Shown piece after piece: positions 30,103 through 39,850 of a stretch of DNA of 42,575 nt. Location: the sequence record DRR378314_2505; one strand, given 5' to 3'. Positions within the stretch are counted from its first letter, which is position 1, and every line of letters begins with the position of its first letter. The notes under the pieces are model-generated. The model made no database searches and had not been told where the DNA came from. It saw nothing but the letters and a program-made list of their open reading frames with translations. Made by a program: the position numbers and the translations under genes.

Positions 30103-33100
30103 GTGTCGATTAATGAAACCGACATTCGGCAGTGGGCGGATCGTCATGAATGCCGTAGAAGTCTGCCAATACTAGTTCGTCGTTTAATCAGGGAGACAGC
30201 CGGGTCCCTATCGGCTTTTCGGTTCCCCGGGAATGATGCCGTCGACTTAAGCGGCCTTGACGGTCAAGTTGAGAATGAGATCGCGACGACCTGGGTGCCT
30301 CGCGGGCGAAGCGTGTGGGAAATGGGGAGTAACCACGATCCTCGGGCCAAGGCAGAAGGCGACTATAAAAAGCGAACCGCAGAAACGCCATTAGAAGTGC
30401 GTCAGGCCACCAGCTTCATATTCGTCACCCCCAGGCGGTGGAATACAAAGGATGAGTGGCTAGAAATGCACTGCCAAGAAGCCTCTTGGGCGTCTGTAAA
30501 AGCATACGACGCAATAGATCTAGAAACTTGGCTTGAAGAAGCACCAGTTACCACTCGATGGCTGGAAGAACTGATCGGGGTTGCCCATCCGGGCTTGATG
30601 ACGCCTCACGAATGGTGGAAACAATGGTCAACAGCTTCGAATCCGGCCATCTCCATGAAGCTAGTTTCAACACGAAGGCATAACGAACAGCAAACACTAT
30701 TATCACTTTTACGAGATGGCGAAGAATTTCTGCCAATACAAGCCGATGATAAGCAAGAGGCAGTGGCGTTTGTAATAGCATCATTGATCGAGGCAGATGC
30801 ACTTGATCTCTTAGACCGGAGCTTAGTATTAACGTCCAACGCTGCCGAAATCCAATCATCGCCAGCTGGCTCAATAATTATTTCTGACGTGGTGGAAGGC
30901 AATGAGCCAAATTTTGGTGACAGGCGAAAAATCACAATCATAAAAACCTATCCAAAAGGGCGCTCAGATGTACGGCAAGCCATCCAGCTCTCACACGTAC
31001 CTTCTGAGATCTTCCGTATCGAGCTGGAAGCCATGGGGCTAAGTCGGGACGAGGCAGCAAGCTGGGCTTTAAAGACTGGGCATTCCGTTCCAGTCCTGAG
31101 ACGACAGCTTTCCAAGGATCCTGACGTACGAACACCAACTTGGGCACGAAACCGCGCATCTGCCAAAATGCTGCTCCCATTTGCATTGTCTGGTTCTTGG
31201 GTCGAACGCGAGAACACTGGCGACGAAACAGTTCTAGAGTTGCTTGGGGAGCTAGGGGATGGAGAGGTGGAACGAATTCGTGATCAGCTTCTCGCTTTAA
31301 ATGACGCCCCAGTTGCTCGTTACGGAAACATAAACATCGTAGTTTCACAACTTGATGCTTTGTTTGCAGTAGGCCCTTTCATTGGGCTAGATGACCTTGA
31401 CCGTTTTTTTCAACTGGTACCTGAACTACTAGGAGATCGAGACCCAGTTCTCGACCTTCCACAAGACCAATGGTGGATGGCCAGCGTTCTCGGTAAGACT
31501 AGGGATTACTCCAACGCGTTACTCTCAGGCCTTAGCGATGCACTTTGTATCCTTTCCATTCACGGAAGGGAGATCTGTGGAAATAGACTCTCTGCTGATC
31601 TAGCGCGCCGTTCGGAAAAAGTAGTCCGCTCTCTAATGAAGAATAACGACGAGGACCGTTGGCTCTCCATCCGCGGCCATCTGAGAGAGCTCGCCGAGGC
31701 ATCGCCGGGTGCATTTCTCGACTGTCTCGAGGAGGAGCTTGGCAGGTCAGAGCCAACTATCCGAGCTATAATGGGGACCACCACTGGAGCGATTGGCGGG
31801 GAATGCCTCCGAACGCATTTACTGTGGGCACTTGAGTCGCTGGCCTGGCACGCGGAGTATTTCAAACGTGTGTTGGAGATTGTTTATAAACTTCGGGATA
31901 TTGAAACTGAAGATAACTGGACAAACTCTCCGAAATCCACGGCTAGAGCGCTTTTTCTCCCATGGTTACCCGCTACATCCGTTAGCGTAACTGAAAGGAT
32001 GGTGATTTTACGGGAACTATCGAAAATACATAGAAGGCATGCTATTGACGTTTGTATTTCTCTACTTCCAGGAGCAGGCCCCGATTTTGCGTCTAGAACA
32101 GCAAGGCCACGTTGGCGAGCACTAGAAATTGAGGTAACAGAGCCTACAAACGCGGACGTAAAGTATGCAGCTGAGGAAGCAAGTCACCTACTCCTAGACT
32201 TGGCCCCATTCGATAAAGAAGATCTCAAACAACTGATCGAGGTCACAACACTACTGCACCCAGACGATTTAAGCCGGCTTGTAAATGAAGTTGAGCGTTG
32301 GTCGGCCAAGTCTGATGATGAAGAAAAAGCCGAGTTAAGGCACGATCTTCGTCGACGAGATGTTATGCGTGCATACCAAGAAAATGAAAAGAACCAAGCA
32401 TTGGCTACTGCGATCCATCAGATGGAGGATTTTTTAGAGCCAGCGGATCCTAGCTTACGGCATCGATGGCTATTTGGTAGCCACCCTGTCGAATGGCGCG
32501 CCTTGGCCGAAGCTGAAATCGAAGGTAACTTGTCTTGGCAAGAAAGGGCTGCCCTATTGGAGGAGCGGAGGCAGGAAGCAATCTCAGAGGTTCAAGAATA
32601 CCTCGGGGAAGAGGCTATACTTCCATTTGCTCTCAGCACGCAGCAACCCGACCTAGTCGCGGAAACCCTAGTCCCGCATAACTCTCCAGCTACAACTGCA
32701 GGAAAATGGGCCAGCATAGCGTTTCAGGAGAAAGTTAATGAAAAATCAACTGCATTTCTTCGCCAGATCTTATGGAACACAAACCGAGAAAGCCTAATTG
32801 ACATGGGCAATTTACTTACTCATGAAGGACTACTCAGTCGGGCAGATAGCAGGGAGCGCTTTGCACAGCTCCTTCCTGGGTGTCGAGAGGGATGGGAGGC
32901 TGCTGAGTCTTTGGGAGACGACATAGCCTCATCATTTTGGCGTTCGGTCTCCATCCGTCTCTGGAATGATACCGAGCCACAAGCAGTGTTGTATGTAGTA
33001 GAAAAACTTCTTGAAGTCCAGCGCCCACGGTCAGCGCTTTTGGCTTTACAATTTCAACCCGACCGGCTTCCGCCCGAGCAATGGTCCCGCATCCTTCAAG

Positions 33101-33894
33101 CTGTCGCTCGCGGGGAAGAGCCGCATGCCCCCCTGCCCATTTCTTATCATCTTGACGAAATATTCATGCTGCTAGACAAGGCGCAGGGAATTTCAAATCA
33201 ACATATTGCTCACTTGGAGCTGCCTTTTATTCCTCTATTGTGCAACCATGGTCATCGCAACCATCGAAGAACTCTTGCTATCCACCATGAGCTATCACGC
33301 GATCCTGAGCTCTTCGTTCAACTCCTTTGCTGGCACTATAAGCGCAGAGACGGGGCGTTTGAGCCCGAGCAGAAGGAATTATCAGATGATAGACGTGAAT
33401 TTCTAGCAAGCCTAGCGCACCACACACTCAAGGGTTGGAAGGAGCTACCCGGCTGCCAAGCCGATGGGGAAATCAACGAGCAGGAATTTACTTCCTGGGC
33501 GGATGAAGCGTTAAGACGTGCGTCCAGCATGGACCGTAGAGAGGCTGGCGAAACCCATTTCGCCGAATTACTGGCACACTTTGCCCGTCAGCATCCATGG
33601 GAAGACTGGCTGCCTGACTGTGTGTTGCGCTTCTTGGATAGACAGGGCAATACCAGCCTCCGGGAGAAGTTCGAGATCGGTGTTCATAATGCTCGTGGAG
33701 CAACAATACGAGGGCCATACGATGGCGGTGAGCAAGAACGGAACCTAGCCGGCCACTATCGTGATCTTGCGGCACGATATGGAAACTCGTATCCCCGGGT
33801 GTCCGCGATGCTTATATCGATCGCAGAGAGTTACGAGCAGGACGCTCGTCACCATGATGAAAAGGCTGCAATTGGCGAGCGCTGGCACCCTTGA
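30103..33894 (+). CDS. 1263-aa protein, putative N-terminal restriction-endonuclease-like domain plus long helical region; candidate defence protein
   Basis: Uninterrupted ORF, lower GC than host genes; GLDG...WEMG...DYKKRT...FIFVTPR pattern; GTG start after a G-rich RBS. Confidence 0.7.
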   Translation: MSINETDIRQWADRHECRRSLPILVRRLIRETAGSLSAFRFPGNDAVDLSGLDGQVENEIATTWVPRGRSVWEMGSNHDPRAKAEGDYKKRTAETPLEVRQATSFIFVTPRRWNTKDEWLEMHCQEASWASVKAYDAIDLETWLEEAPVTTRWLEELIGVAHPGLMTPHEWWKQWSTASNPAISMKLVSTRRHNEQQTLLSLLRDGEEFLPIQADDKQEAVAFVIASLIEADALDLLDRSLVLTSNAAEIQSSPAGSIIISDVVEGNEPNFGDRRKITIIKTYPKGRSDVRQAIQLSHVPSEIFRIELEAMGLSRDEAASWALKTGHSVPVLRRQLSKDPDVRTPTWARNRASAKMLLPFALSGSWVERENTGDETVLELLGELGDGEVERIRDQLLALNDAPVARYGNINIVVSQLDALFAVGPFIGLDDLDRFFQLVPELLGDRDPVLDLPQDQWWMASVLGKTRDYSNALLSGLSDALCILSIHGREICGNRLSADLARRSEKVVRSLMKNNDEDRWLSIRGHLRELAEASPGAFLDCLEEELGRSEPTIRAIMGTTTGAIGGECLRTHLLWALESLAWHAEYFKRVLEIVYKLRDIETEDNWTNSPKSTARALFLPWLPATSVSVTERMVILRELSKIHRRHAIDVCISLLPGAGPDFASRTARPRWRALEIEVTEPTNADVKYAAEEASHLLLDLAPFDKEDLKQLIEVTTLLHPDDLSRLVNEVERWSAKSDDEEKAELRHDLRRRDVMRAYQENEKNQALATAIHQMEDFLEPADPSLRHRWLFGSHPVEWRALAEAEIEGNLSWQERAALLEERRQEAISEVQEYLGEEAILPFALSTQQPDLVAETLVPHNSPATTAGKWASIAFQEKVNEKSTAFLRQILWNTNRESLIDMGNLLTHEGLLSRADSRERFAQLLPGCREGWEAAESLGDDIASSFWRSVSIRLWNDTEPQAVLYVVEKLLEVQRPRSALLALQFQPDRLPPEQWSRILQAVARGEEPHAPLPISYHLDEIFMLLDKAQGISNQHIAHLELPFIPLLCNHGHRNHRRTLAIHHELSRDPELFVQLLCWHYKRRDGAFEPEQKELSDDRREFLASLAHHTLKGWKELPGCQADGEINEQEFTSWADEALRRASSMDRREAGETHFAELLAHFARQHPWEDWLPDCVLRFLDRQGNTSLREKFEIGVHNARGATIRGPYDGGEQERNLAGHYRDLAARYGNSYPRVSAMLISIAESYEQDARHHDEKAAIGERWHP

Positions 33895-34140
33895 GAAGCT
33901 CATCGCGTTGGTCTTTTTCTAAAAGCCTATCAACTGCCGTACATTCCAGTGAATGTGTCCGTGGCTTGAGGTAGAAATTTGCCCAATTTATCTCTACCGA
34001 TTCGAAGCATGAGAGCTCATAGTGTGTAGTGATGGTTTTCATTCGCTCCGTCACCGGCTCGGACTCGCCCAGCCCACCACATGGGCCTCACGGCCAACCC
34101 GCAAAGCGCTGGGAACTAAAATATCATCTGCAAGGCATCC

Positions 34141-34929
34141 TTAAATCGCATCTGCAGCTTGCCATCCCTTGTGGGTTAGCTCGAAAATTTCGCCCTTCTC
34201 GCCGAGTCCCTTTATCAATCCGTACGCTACTAGTTCCCCTAAAGCATCATCATACAGCGCAAAATCACGAGAGCCTTCAGAGCCAAACGATTGATTGCCA
34301 GCATGAATAGTTCTATTGCCTATAGACTGGGACTTTAGGATTGTTCCTTTTTTGTTCTCCGAGGCCGCTTTCAAGATCTCGAAGGCTTGCCGAGAGAGAT
34401 TATATGCGGTCGGTTCTCCGACCGACACTTGACTTTGAAGTTTCTCAGAAAGCTGATCACGCTCCCTGCGCAAATTTTCGAGTTGAGCCGTCAACTTCTC
34501 CTTAGCTTCCTCATCCCCAAGTCCTGCCACTTCCTCGTCCCGCTTCGCCCTTTCAATGAGCTCCTTTTCCTTTACAGCAAAGAGGTTGGACCGCGAATTT
34601 TCAAGCTCTGTCTGCCGAATTGTCTTGTTGTGCTCTGCTTCGAGACGAAGGTTTTCAATTAGCCCAGCGGGTTTTCTTGAAATGAGCCCAAAAGCATACT
34701 GAATCCAATGCTTTGAGGCCGCCACAAAAGCACCGACTAGGAGCGGAAAAACCACCAATGTGTAGTGGCTGGTCACACCATCAAAAGCGGCGAGGCGTTC
34801 TTGAGGTGTTCCCCTAGTCATCACCAACAAGAATATGCCGCGCCAATTGAGAGCAAAGAGCGCAAGAGCCGCATACCCAAAATACGGAGTTTTGATTCTT
34901 GAATTGACCGCATCGATCACCTCCTTCAT
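34141..34929 (-). CDS. Hypothetical membrane protein (2 TM, coiled coil, C-terminal wHTH-like)
   Basis: Two N-terminal hydrophobic segments, E/K/R-rich heptads, ...LVAYGLI...FELTHKGW. Confidence 0.7.
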   Translation of the reverse strand: MKEVIDAVNSRIKTPYFGYAALALFALNWRGIFLLVMTRGTPQERLAAFDGVTSHYTLVVFPLLVGAFVAASKHWIQYAFGLISRKPAGLIENLRLEAEHNKTIRQTELENSRSNLFAVKEKELIERAKRDEEVAGLGDEEAKEKLTAQLENLRRERDQLSEKLQSQVSVGEPTAYNLSRQAFEILKAASENKKGTILKSQSIGNRTIHAGNQSFGSEGSRDFALYDDALGELVAYGLIKGLGEKGEIFELTHKGWQAADAI

Positions 34930-34987
34930 GGCCTTTCATTCCTCCTACCCGTCAATACGCTCTTGTGAATGCCAGAGCGCCAACCCA

Positions 34988-35190
34988 AATATGCAATAAA
35001 TACGCCGGCGCCGTATTTTTCTTGTTTGATGTCCCCTGACAAAAAATAAGACCAGAAAAAGAAGCCGCTGACAAACGTCCTCTCCTGATATCTTTGCTAA
35101 TCTTCTCTCCTCAAATTAAAAGGCCGCCAACGCCCAGGCGTCAAAGGCCTCTTAAGTAAGCCGTTACTAATTAGCCAAACCAAATAGATC
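34988..35190. repeat. Diverged copy B of the guaA-downstream ~200-bp element
   Basis: Collinear blocks shared with 42339-42548: CGCCGGCG, TCCCCTGAC, AAAATAA, ACCAGAAAA, AGCCGCT, ACAAAC, CCTGATATCTT, AAAAGGCCGCC, TTAAGTAAGCC, TTACTA, AGATC. Confidence 0.85.
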
Positions 35191-35239
35191 CCAGGTCAGC
35201 CCCTATGCTGAGGGAATCCAGCTATTCCCCCCCGGCAAC

Positions 35240-35460
35240 GGCAACCCAGCAATCCGCCTATCCTTCTCCGACGGCCCCCCAGCGCCTGCAGCACCATCTC
35301 GGCAGCAATATGATCGGCGTGTTCCATCTCGCCGTCTTCCACGAGCAGCTTCATGGCGCCCGAGGTGGCGGCGATGACTATGCTCATTGCCATAACCTCG
35401 TGGGCGTAGCGGAAGTCGCCTTGCCAGCGGCCGGCGCGGGCATAGATCCGCAGGGCAGCG
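35240..35460 (-). pseudogene. Possible remnant of a TetR-family C-terminal domain
   Basis: Host-like GC; GDFRY...IVIAATSGAMKLLV...HIAAEMVLQALG looks like TetR C-terminal helices; no HTH or clear start; bounds approximate. Confidence 0.35.
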
Positions 35461-35550
35461 CCCAGCAGTTGTGGCCGACTGCACAGCTCAGAGGCGCCCA
35501 CGGGTGGGGCCGAGAATCATTCGGAGCGGCACTGGGGAATACGTACTCGC

Positions 35551-35847
35551 TTAATCCAGCAGCCTTTCCGGTGCATCCATGTACTCATGCAGCACACGAA
35601 CCACTAACACCTCCGCCTCGAGCACTCGGTAGAACACCGCGTGATGCTCAACCTGCAGTCGGCGATACCCGGGAAGAACATGGGCGTAGTCGGTCCCAAG
35701 CAAGGGGTGCTGAATCAGCGGCCTCATGCCCGCCTCCAGCTGATCAAGGTAGCCATCCGCCTGATCCGCACCCCACTCTTCGCAGGTATACACCCAGATG
35801 TCGATGAGGTCGGGTTCCGCCTTTGGCGTAAGGCTCAGCGTGCGCAC
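35551..35847 (-). CDS. parE: ParE (RelE/ParE) toxin
   Basis: DLIDIWVYT.EEWGADQADGY, GYRR, HAVFYR, VVRVLH. Confidence 0.9.
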   Translation of the reverse strand: MRTLSLTPKAEPDLIDIWVYTCEEWGADQADGYLDQLEAGMRPLIQHPLLGTDYAHVLPGYRRLQVEHHAVFYRVLEAEVLVVRVLHEYMDAPERLLD

Positions 35848-36101
35848 TACTCCGGCGCCTTCACCCGCTTACGGCCAGCCGCCTTGATCGCCGCCATATC
35901 GACTGGCTTGGCCTCGCCGCTTGCTTCACCCTCAACCAGGGCCTGCCTGAGCGTGGCAAGCCGTTCCTGGGCTTGCTGGTCCTGCCGGATGAGATGGCGG
36001 ATATACTCACTGTCGTTGCCGAACTGGCCGTCTTCGATCCGGCTTTTTACCCAGCCGTCCTGTTGTTCGGTGAGGGTGATGGTCTTCCGGTGCATGCTCA
36101 T
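35847..36101 (-). CDS. parD: ParD antitoxin (RHH)
   Basis: KTITLT, GQFGNDSEYIRHLIR, LRQALVEGEASG. Confidence 0.9.
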   Translation of the reverse strand: MSMHRKTITLTEQQDGWVKSRIEDGQFGNDSEYIRHLIRQDQQAQERLATLRQALVEGEASGEAKPVDMAAIKAAGRKRVKAPE

Positions 36102-36126
36102 AATGGGTACTCCTGAGCCCCAAACA

Positions 36127-36143
36127 GTATGACAATATCATAC
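36127..36143. promoter_or_regulatory. Probable parDE operator
   Basis: Inverted repeat GTATGA-N5-TCATAC about 25 bp upstream of parD. Confidence 0.55.
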
Positions 36144-36758
36144 CAAGCTTTTGCGCCGGATCAATTCCGTCTACCAACGGGCGGCAGCAGACACTGTGTT
36201 TGTTCAGGCACCCTCAAAAGCCTTTGAGCCCGTCATCATCGGTGACGGTCTCACGGCCTTTTGATCCTGCCTATGCGCAGCATTGATTGCGCATAGGATT
36301 GATCGTTGCGCATAGGCGTAAAAGCCTTTGGAATATTCCGTCTGGCAGGCTGTTGTCGGCCAGTGCATGAGTATCATCGGCGTCCGCATTTCGAGCGGAA
36401 AGGCGTCATAACGGCATCATCCATTGGCGGCAACGCACCCCTGGAGTGTGGGTAGAGCGCTTGTCGTAAAGAGGCGGAATTGCATTTTCGACCTCAAGTC
36501 CGTACCAAGAAGAATCAATGCGACGCGAATCGGAAAGAAGAGCAGCTTCATGGTGACCTGCTGTTGGTACTAATCCAGACCTGATCTGCTGGCATGCAAC
36601 AGTTTTGGAATGGAGCACACCTTGTGTAGCGGCATGCATTTTCCGTACTTCTCGATGGCTATCTTCTGGAGTTAGCTCGAAGTACCCCGTATGACTTCCA
36701 GCATCACATGCCCGCAAGTACCAAGTTTAAATATCGGCTGTTCAGTATTTATTATAAG

Positions 36759-36867
36759 GCATGACGCCTTGCCTACAGGCCGGATAGAGCAGAGTAAGCT
36801 TTTGATAGTTTGCGCAGCTAAACCACAATCTTGCGCGTAGCTGGTTCCGAGCACAGCAATTTTAAGT
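36759..36867 (-). repeat. Degenerate attC-like site 3
   Basis: Starts 3 nt after the stop: ACTTAAA...GCTGTGCTCGGA...internal hairpin TTGTGGTTT/AAACTATCAA...AAGGC-GTCATGC; both core triplets altered. Confidence 0.45.
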
Positions 36868-36870
36868 TCT

Positions 36871-37842
36871 CTAATCGCTATTCTTTCTAACGATTTCGGC
36901 TAACAAAGCATCTATTTGGGATATATAGTTTACTTGATTAAAATTTGGCAACGACTCTCTTTTTCGGATATATTGGTGTAATAGACCATCTGAAATTTTT
37001 CTACAGCCTTTCTCAAGATGATTGAACGCTTCTTTTAAAGATTTTCCAGGATAACTAGCGGAAACCTCGCCAAATGTTGAAAACCCTAGAGAAGGAGGAA
37101 CATGATCCAGAATCACCCTCAATAGAGCACCTATCGAAAAATAGTTTCCATTTTCGTAAGCCGAATTTATTTCTCTACATATTTGAACCAACCTAGAGAA
37201 ATCAAAGTTCACAGACTCGATACGTTCCAGGTCTTTTATCCGAGATTTGTCAATGTAACTAATAGTGGTTCTGGACTCTGAAGTTTCTTCTTTTCCTATA
37301 TTTCCAACGATAGAATCTGTCCAGATCATCCCGTCCTCAGGATATTCAGAAGGCTCCCTTATTCGGTGAATAGTATCTTTGAAGGCTTTAGATCTAATTA
37401 TCGATTCTGAAGGCTGAACCCAGGCGCCGTCTGCTTCGGTCAATGCTGTAGTATAGCTGCCAAATATGCTCGATTGGACCATGTAACCTAATGATTTAAC
37501 AACATCACCTTTTGGCAACTCAAGGCGTTTGGCCAAATCATCGACAGATATTTTATGCTCTGGATTCTCAATATAGAAGTTACGAAGAAATTGAAATATA
37601 AACTCACATCTTAAAAGCAATAAATTTGCTTCTTTAGATTCACTTTCTAACTCTAGGAGCGCAGGCAAGCATACGTAGTATTTTTGATCCCTCCTATCAA
37701 CATAACGCTTTGATTCCAATTCATCCAATAGATCTAACTTATCGTGATTTTTAGCTCTGTACTGGATCGCATTAACCCCTTTTGAGCCAGCCACGCTAGC
37801 TTCAAAAAGATCTACCAAAGATTTTTTTAATTGCTCTTGCAT
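36871..37842 (-). CDS. Hypothetical protein, wHTH-like N-terminus + HEPN/DUF4145-like C-terminus
   Basis: Very AT-rich; ISVDDLAKRLELPKGDVVKSL helix-turn-helix; EINSAY..GNY...ALLRVILD...RKISDGLLH. Confidence 0.65.
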   Translation of the reverse strand: MQEQLKKSLVDLFEASVAGSKGVNAIQYRAKNHDKLDLLDELESKRYVDRRDQKYYVCLPALLELESESKEANLLLLRCEFIFQFLRNFYIENPEHKISVDDLAKRLELPKGDVVKSLGYMVQSSIFGSYTTALTEADGAWVQPSESIIRSKAFKDTIHRIREPSEYPEDGMIWTDSIVGNIGKEETSESRTTISYIDKSRIKDLERIESVNFDFSRLVQICREINSAYENGNYFSIGALLRVILDHVPPSLGFSTFGEVSASYPGKSLKEAFNHLEKGCRKISDGLLHQYIRKRESLPNFNQVNYISQIDALLAEIVRKNSD

Positions 37843-37865
37843 TAATCAGTACTCGACCTAGTTTC

Positions 37866-37928
37866 GCCTGATGCTTGAACTCTGGCCGCCGGCCAACGTC
37901 CGGCGGCCGCTCGAACAACTTGTTGGAT
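37866..37928 (-). repeat. Degenerate attC-like site 2
   Basis: R'' ATCCAAC, 5-nt spacer, GTTCGAGC, 9-bp stem GGCCGCCGG/CCGGCGGCC, then TCAAGC-ATCAGGC (decayed R'). Confidence 0.55.
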
Positions 37929-37993
37929 AGCACCTCTCGGATCTTCGGAGGCAATAGGTTCGCGTTCACTCCAACTTACTCGCAGTTGAAGTA

Positions 37994-39850
37994 CTACGGC
38001 CGCATGGAAACCGGCAAGAAGCCATACCGTCCCGCAGAGCTCCTCGAGAAGTGGACGTGGTTGCACGACGCTTGCACATCGGCGGGAGGAGCCACGTTCT
38101 CGAAGACGACCACCTGGCCAAGCGCACTCGACGAGCAGAGGTTCCGATAGAAGGCATCCTTCACCGAGGTGGCGACCTCACCATCGTCGTCGACGTCGGC
38201 CTCCTTGTATGGGTTCAACGGAGTATCCAGGACGACGAAGCCAGGGTGGCCCTTGTTCGCCCCGAGTGCCTCTTGCATAAGTCCGATCACGTATCCGGCG
38301 CACATGACCGCACGCACGCCCTTGCCATGACTCGTCCGCCTCCGGCCATTTACAACTAGATCAGCGCTTTTCTCGTCAAATGCCACTGTAATGTCGTCAG
38401 CCACTCTCCATGCGATGAGGAGCGCCTTGATACGCGAGCATACGTCGGACATGGTGTTCGCTGTGAGCTTGATGAACTCCAACTTCTCCCCCTTGTCGCG
38501 CGTGGCATCCAGGTCGAGCATTTGGCTCTTCAGCGAGTCGATCTGGGCGCGCAGTTGCTCCACCCTGACGAACGCCCCGTAGCTCCCCTGGATCGCGCGG
38601 AGTTCATTGGCCGTGGCTCGGACTTTCGCGGCAAGGGCTCCCTCAATCTCTTCCGAGATCCCCTGGATCGCTGCATCGACCTCTCTAAGGCTCGCCGCCA
38701 AGACACGCTGCTCGGTGGACAGCTGGTCAGCTGCAACGCGAAGTTCCACTCGGAGTTGCTGGACCTTGGCCGCTTCCGCCAAAGCTGCCCGGAGCGTAGA
38801 CTCGGGCTCGTGCGCATCAGCATGCCGCTGATGTTCTGGTCTAGCGCCACAGTAGTCGCACGATCTGTCGCCGTACATCTGCAGGAGATAAGAAGACTCT
38901 CCCATGGCCTCAAGCCGAAGCAGATCAGACTCGTAGTGCGCGTCGAGCAACGAAGCACGTGCGAGCATCCCGTCGAGCTCACCTAACCGTCCGTTTTGCT
39001 CGCGTTGCTCGTTCACGAGCTCTCCTCGCCTCGACTCAGCGGCGCGCAGATCAGCCAAGGCCGTGCTCGACAGCTCGCCCAGCTCACACAGCTTGGCTTC
39101 AAGTTGGGACAGCACCTCTGGCGTCGCATCTATGTTCTCAAGGAGCTCGTCAAGCGCGGCTTGATCACGTTCGAGCAGATCCTTGATCGCCTCCTTCCTT
39201 CCGGCCAACCGGCCCGCGGATGTCTTCGGATCTTCTGGCTGCACGATCCCGGAGTCATCAACGCCCGTCAGCAACATCCGAATCGTACTTGCGGCGGCCG
39301 TGTTGCCAGTGTTCTGGGAACCGTAGAGGGGAGAGCGCTTCGCAATGATTCGCCCTTCATCGACGAGCAGGGCCTTGGATAGGACCCTGAAGCTGATCTT
39401 CTGAGTCTTCCCGCTGTCGTTCTTGCGGACTCGCCTGCCATCAAGGCCACACAGGCCAAGCAAGAAGCCAGAGACGGACTCCTTGGCGTTGGTGGTCTCA
39501 CCCAGTACATTCCACTCTTCATCGGCTTCGAGTGCATCATCAATCCGCCCGCGAAAGAGTCCGATCTTCCCACCAACGAGCGCACGCTTCAGGGTGTAGA
39601 ACTGGCCGTCCGCCGTTTGGATACAGAGATAGGCGACATCGTACAGTCGCGCTTGCGGGATCTCCTCGGGAGGCGTGCCAGCCCCCATCACGAAGTCGAT
39701 ACAGCTCAGCGCGTACGACTTTCCTGTGTCCGACGCCCCATCAATGACGTTGAGCCCCGACGCGAAAACGAGACTTCCGGGCACCTGACCAGGGCCACAG
39801 AGACGAAGCTCCCGAAGCTCGAACCCGCGTCGAGCGCTCCCGTTCGTCAT
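37994..39850 (-). CDS. SMC/Rad50-like ABC ATPase of ABC-3C/Lamassu system (LmuB-like)
   Basis: GLNVIDGASDTGKS Walker A, coiled coils with central CDYC hook, HGKG signature, VVLDTP Walker B. Confidence 0.85.
   Translation of the reverse strand: MTNGSARRGFELRELRLCGPGQVPGSLVFASGLNVIDGASDTGKSYALSCIDFVMGAGTPPEEIPQARLYDVAYLCIQTADGQFYTLKRALVGGKIGLFRGRIDDALEADEEWNVLGETTNAKESVSGFLLGLCGLDGRRVRKNDSGKTQKISFRVLSKALLVDEGRIIAKRSPLYGSQNTGNTAAASTIRMLLTGVDDSGIVQPEDPKTSAGRLAGRKEAIKDLLERDQAALDELLENIDATPEVLSQLEAKLCELGELSSTALADLRAAESRRGELVNEQREQNGRLGELDGMLARASLLDAHYESDLLRLEAMGESSYLLQMYGDRSCDYCGARPEHQRHADAHEPESTLRAALAEAAKVQQLRVELRVAADQLSTEQRVLAASLREVDAAIQGISEEIEGALAAKVRATANELRAIQGSYGAFVRVEQLRAQIDSLKSQMLDLDATRDKGEKLEFIKLTANTMSDVCSRIKALLIAWRVADDITVAFDEKSADLVVNGRRRTSHGKGVRAVMCAGYVIGLMQEALGANKGHPGFVVLDTPLNPYKEADVDDDGEVATSVKDAFYRNLCSSSALGQVVVFENVAPPADVQASCNHVHFSRSSAGRYGFLPVSMRP

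Noticed and set aside
34030-34140. attC after the 2TM gene
   Set aside because: Only a weak GCCGGTGA resemblance; no R''/R' pair.
35515-35525. ATCATTC match to the guaA 3' end as an att core duplicate
   Set aside because: Only 7 bp and not adjacent to repeat copy B; consistent with chance.
36406-36717. 103-aa ORF after attC3 as a fourth cassette gene
   Set aside because: No RBS or recognisable motif; could be decayed DNA but cannot be supported.
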